A stretch of 64,000 bases of DNA from Heterodontus francisci (lineage: Eukaryota): NCBI RefSeq assembly GCF_036365525.1, contig NW_027140825.1, positions 1,240,001 to 1,304,000 on the forward strand, written 5' to 3'. Position 1 is the first letter of the stretch; every line of letters begins with the position of its first letter. The position numbers and the translations under genes are program-made. Positions 60,001 through 64,000 of the stretch are shown in pieces. Under the pieces are notes generated by a model. It saw nothing but the letters and a program-made list of their open reading frames with translations, did not search any database and was not told where the DNA came from.

Positions 60001-62095
60001 TCTCCTTCCATCTCTGCCTCTCACTCTCTGTCCCTCCATCTGTCCTTCCCTCCCCCTCACTCCATCTCTCTCCTTCTCTCCGTCTCTCTCTCTCTGTCTC
60101 TCCATCTGTCTTTCCCACCCCCTGTCACTCACTCTCTCTCCTTTTATCTCTATCTCTGTCTCTCTCTCTGTCCCTCCATCTGTATTACCCTCTCTGTCAC
60201 TCCCACCCTCTCCTTCTATCTCTCTCCCTCACACACTGGCCCTCCATCTGTCTTTCTCTCCCTGACACTCCCTCTCTGTACTTCTCTCTCTGTCTTTCTC
60301 TCTGTCTCTCCATCTGTATTTCCCTCTCTGTCTCTCCATCTCTCTCCTTCTCTCTCTCTCACTGTCTCACCATCTGTCTCCCCCCCCACCTCGTCACTCC
60401 CTCTTTCTCCTTCTAACTCTGTCTCTGTCTCTCTCTCTCTATCCCTCCATCTGTCCTTCCCTCCCTGTCACACCCTCTCTGTCCTTCTCTCTCTGTCTTT
60501 CTCTCTGTCTCTCCATCTGTCTTTCCCTGCCTGTCACTGCATCTCTCACCTTCCATCACGGCCTCTCACTCTCTGTCTCTCCATCTCTCTTTCCCTCTCT
60601 GTCTCTCCATATCTCTCCTTCTGTCTCTGTCTCTCTCTCTCTCTGTCCCTCCATCTGTCTTCTCCCCCCCCCCCTCCGTCACTCCATCTCTCTCCTTCTA
60701 TCTCTGTCTCTCTCCCTCTGTCCCTCCATCTGTCCTTCCCTCATTGTCACTCCATCTCTCTCCTTCTATTTCTCTCACTCTCTCTCTTACCCTCCATCTG
60801 TCTTTCCCTCTCTGTCCCTCCCTCTCTCTCCTTCCATCACTGTCTCTATCTCTCTGTCTCTCCATCTGCCCTTCCCTCTTTGACACTCCCTCTCTCTCCT
60901 TGTCTCTCTGTCTCTCACTCTATCCCTCCATATGTCCTTCCCTCCCTGACACTCCCTCTCTCTCCTTCTCTCTCTGTCTTTCTATCTGTCGCTCCATCTA
61001 TCTTTCCCTGCCAGTCACTCCATCTCTCTCCATCTCTCCGTCTCTCTCTCTCTGTCTCTCCATCTGTCTTTCCCACCCCCTGTCACTCACTCTCACTCCT
61101 TTTATCTCTATATCTGTCTCTCTCTCTGTCCCTCCATCTGTATTACCCTCTGTGTCACTCCCACCCTCTCCTTCTATCTCTCTCCCTCACATTCTGTCCC
61201 TCCATCTGTCTTTCTCTCCCTGACACTCCCTCTCTCTCCTTCTCTCTCTGTCTTCCTCTCTGTCTCTCCATCTGTCTTTCCCTGCCTGTCACGCCATCTC
61301 TCTCCTTCCATCTCTGCCTCTCATTCTCTGTCTCTCCATCTGTCTTTGCCTCCCTGTCTCTCCATCTCTCTCCTTCTCTCTCTCTCTGTCTCTTCATCTG
61401 TCTCCCTCCACCACCCCGTCACTCCCTCTGTCTCCTTCTAACTCTGTCTCTGTCTCGCTCTCTGTCTCTCTCTCTATCCCTCCATCTGTCCTTCCCTCCC
61501 TGTCACTCCATCTCTCTCCTTCTCTCTCTGTCTCTCACTCTGTCTCTCCATCTGTCCTTTCCTTCCTGGCAATCCCTCTCTTTCCTTCTATTTCTGTCTC
61601 TGCCACTCTCTCTGTCTCTCTCTCTGTCCCTCCATCTGTCTTTCCCTCTCTGTCTCTCCGTCTCTCTATCCCTCCATCTATCCTTCCCTCCCTGTCACTC
61701 CATCTCTCTCCTTCTCTCTCTGTCTCTCTCTCTGTCCCTCAATTTGTCTTTCCCTTCCTGATACTCGCTCGCTCTCCTTCTATCTTTGTCTCTGCCACTC
61801 TCTCTGTCTCTCTGTATGGCCCTCCATCTGTCATTCCCTTTCTGTCTTTCCGTCTCTCTCCTGCTATCTCTGTCTCTGCCTCTCTCTCTGTGTCTCTCTC
61901 TGTCCCTCCAGCTATCATTCCCTCTCTGTCACTCCCTCTCTCCTTCTCTTTGTCTGTCCCTCTCTCTCCTTCTCTCTCTCCTTCTCTCTCTCTCTTTACC
62001 CCCCTATCACTCCTTGCCCTATCTCTCTGTCGCTGAGACTCTCTATATCTCTCCCCCTCTATCTCTCTCTGTCCCTCGTTCTCTCTGTCTTTATT
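51093..62095. repeat. ~11-kb polypyrimidine (CT-rich) cryptic satellite with higher-order duplications
   Basis: Recurring CTGTCCCTCCATCTGTCTTTCCCTCCCTGTCACTCC core; 1366-bp offset duplication (58150 vs 59516). Confidence 0.95.
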
Positions 62096-62197
62096 TCAGT
62101 TCCTTCAGGTATATGGATGTATTGGAGAGCTTGGGTTATTCTCCATCGGTCCTTCCGATCCACTCAATCTGGGCCCATCATCATTTTACACACCTCC

Positions 62198-62450
62198 ATT
62201 AAATCTCCCCTCAGCCTCCTCTGTTTCAAAGAAAACAACACCAGCCTGTCCAATCTTTCCTCATAGCTAAAATTCTCCATTCCTGACAACATCCCTTGTA
62301 AATCTACTCTGTACCCTCGCTAGTGTGATCACATCCTTCCTGTAATGTGCTGACCCGAACTGTACACAGTTCTCTAGCTGTGGTCTAACTAGTGTTTTAT
62401 GCAGTTCCAGCATAACCTCCCTGCCCTTATATTCTATACATCAGCCAAAA
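62198..62450 (-). mobile_element. CR1 LINE fragment
   Basis: Similar to the CR1 segments at ~11180-11420 and ~32560-32790. Confidence 0.8.
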
Positions 62451-62514
62451 TAAAGGAAATTACAATCGAAAATCCTGTGAGAAAAACAATCCATATCATT
62501 AAAAAATATATATC

Positions 62515-63440
62515 AGCAATTGCGGACGACACAAAGGTTGGTGGAGTTGCGGATAATAATGAGGATTGTCAAAGGATACAGCAGGACATAGATCGGTTGC
62601 AGACATGGGTGGAGAAATAGCAGATGGAGTTTAATCCGGACAAATGTGAGGTAATGTATTTTGGAAGGTCTAATGCAGGTGGGAGGTATACAGTAAATGG
62701 CAGAACCCTTTGGAGTATTGACAGGCAGAGAGATCTGGGCGTACAGGTCCACAGGTCACTGAAAGTGGCAACGCCGGTGGATAAGGTAGTCAAGAAGGCA
62801 GACGGCATGCTTGCCTTCATCAGTCAGGGCATAGAGTATAAAAATTGGCAAGTCATGTTGCAGCTGTATAGAACCTTAGTTAGGCCACACTGAGAATACT
62901 AAATGAAATTCTGGTCGCCACACTACCAGAAGGACTTGGAGGCTTTGGAGAAGGTACAGAGAAGGTTTACCAGGATGTTGCCTGGTCTGGAGGGCATTAG
63001 CTAGAGGACAGGTTGGAAAAACTCGGATTATTTTCACTGGAACGATGGAGGTGGAGGGGCGACATGATAGAGGTTTACAAAGTTATGAGCGGCATGGACA
63101 GAGTGGATAGTCAGAAGCTTTTTCCCAGGGTGGAAGAGTCAGTTACTAGGGGACATAGGTTTAAGGTGCGAGGGGCAAAGTTTAGAGGGGATGTGCGAGG
63201 CAAATTTTTTGCAGAGGGTGGTGAGTGCCTGGAACTTGCTGCCAGGGGAGGTGGTGGAAGCAGATACGATAGTGACATTTAAGAGAAATCTTGACAAATA
63301 TATGAATAGGAAGGGAATAGAGGGATATGGGCCCCGGAAGTGCAGAAGATGTTAGTTTCGGCAGGCATCTAGTTCGGCGCAGGCTTGGAGGGCCGAATGG
63401 CCTGTTCCTGTGCTGTACTGTTCTTTGTTCTTTGTTCTTT
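62515..63440 (+). mobile_element. CR1 LINE 3' fragment, degenerate
   Basis: ADDTKVGG, MEFNPDKCEVM, LVRPH; (TTCTTTG)n tail. Confidence 0.92.
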
Positions 63441-64000
63441 ATTTGTTCTTTGCAACACAAGTGTGATTTATTAAACTTTAACACAACAATGTTTGTTACT
63501 CAGTCGTGTAAAGTGCATTGCACTGTTACTGACCTTTACTCCAATCCCTCAATCCCACTTCATCTCGGGGAGATTGTTATAAGATTCACCCCATCCTTAC
63601 AAACATAAATATTACCCACATCAAACCAGTGCAATTAGAAATTGTACACAGCTGCTGATAGGTAGTAACAAGACCGAAGGGAATGTTCAGTCTTCCATCT
63701 CTAACCCAGGCAAATATATGTCTTCATTTATACTGATATCTGTCTGTCTGTCTGAATGGAATCAGATAGAGGCCAGACCTCTCCAATAACAACATTGTTT
63801 GACCATTTCACTTTTTATGGCAGACAGAAAGTTTTCATCTACCTTGTCTCTATTATTCTGCAGTGATGTCCTGGAACTGAGATGATTGACCTCCAACAAC
63901 CACAACCATCTTCCTTTGTGCTCAGTATAATTCCAACCAGCAGATTCCCACTGACTTCAGTTTTACTCGGTCTCCTCGCTGTCACACTCGGTCAAACGCG

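Noticed and set aside
58296-61761. 449-aa and 699-aa Leu/Ser/Pro ORFs
   Set aside because: Translation of CT-rich satellite
63440-64000. Possible exon in unique sequence at the window end
   Set aside because: No recognisable reading frame or splice pattern seen

Overview
Vertebrate genomic DNA, most likely from a cartilaginous fish (shark-type CR1 LINEs, V-SINE and DeuSINE fragments, GPR139/142-like receptor), with several N gaps. The first ~26 kb is an unrearranged germline T-cell receptor V cluster that best fits TCR beta. It holds seven apparently intact leader-intron-V exon-RSS23 genes, all on +, plus one LINE-truncated V with its RSS retained and one orphan frameshifted leader. The cluster was built partly by ~4.6-kb and ~6.4-kb tandem duplications. 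Three intact Vs and the truncated V end in CAW and resemble the mammalian TRBV30 lineage. I found no D, J or C segment by eye. Downstream are a 42-bp and a 29-bp minisatellite, a two-exon class A GPCR of the GPR139/GPR142 type (35424-39744), reverse-oriented CTCF-like motifs facing forward motifs among the Vs, many LINE/SINE fragments, and an ~11-kb polypyrimidine cryptic satellite. Most long ORFs in the supplied track are repeat artefacts. Repeat boundaries are approximate.
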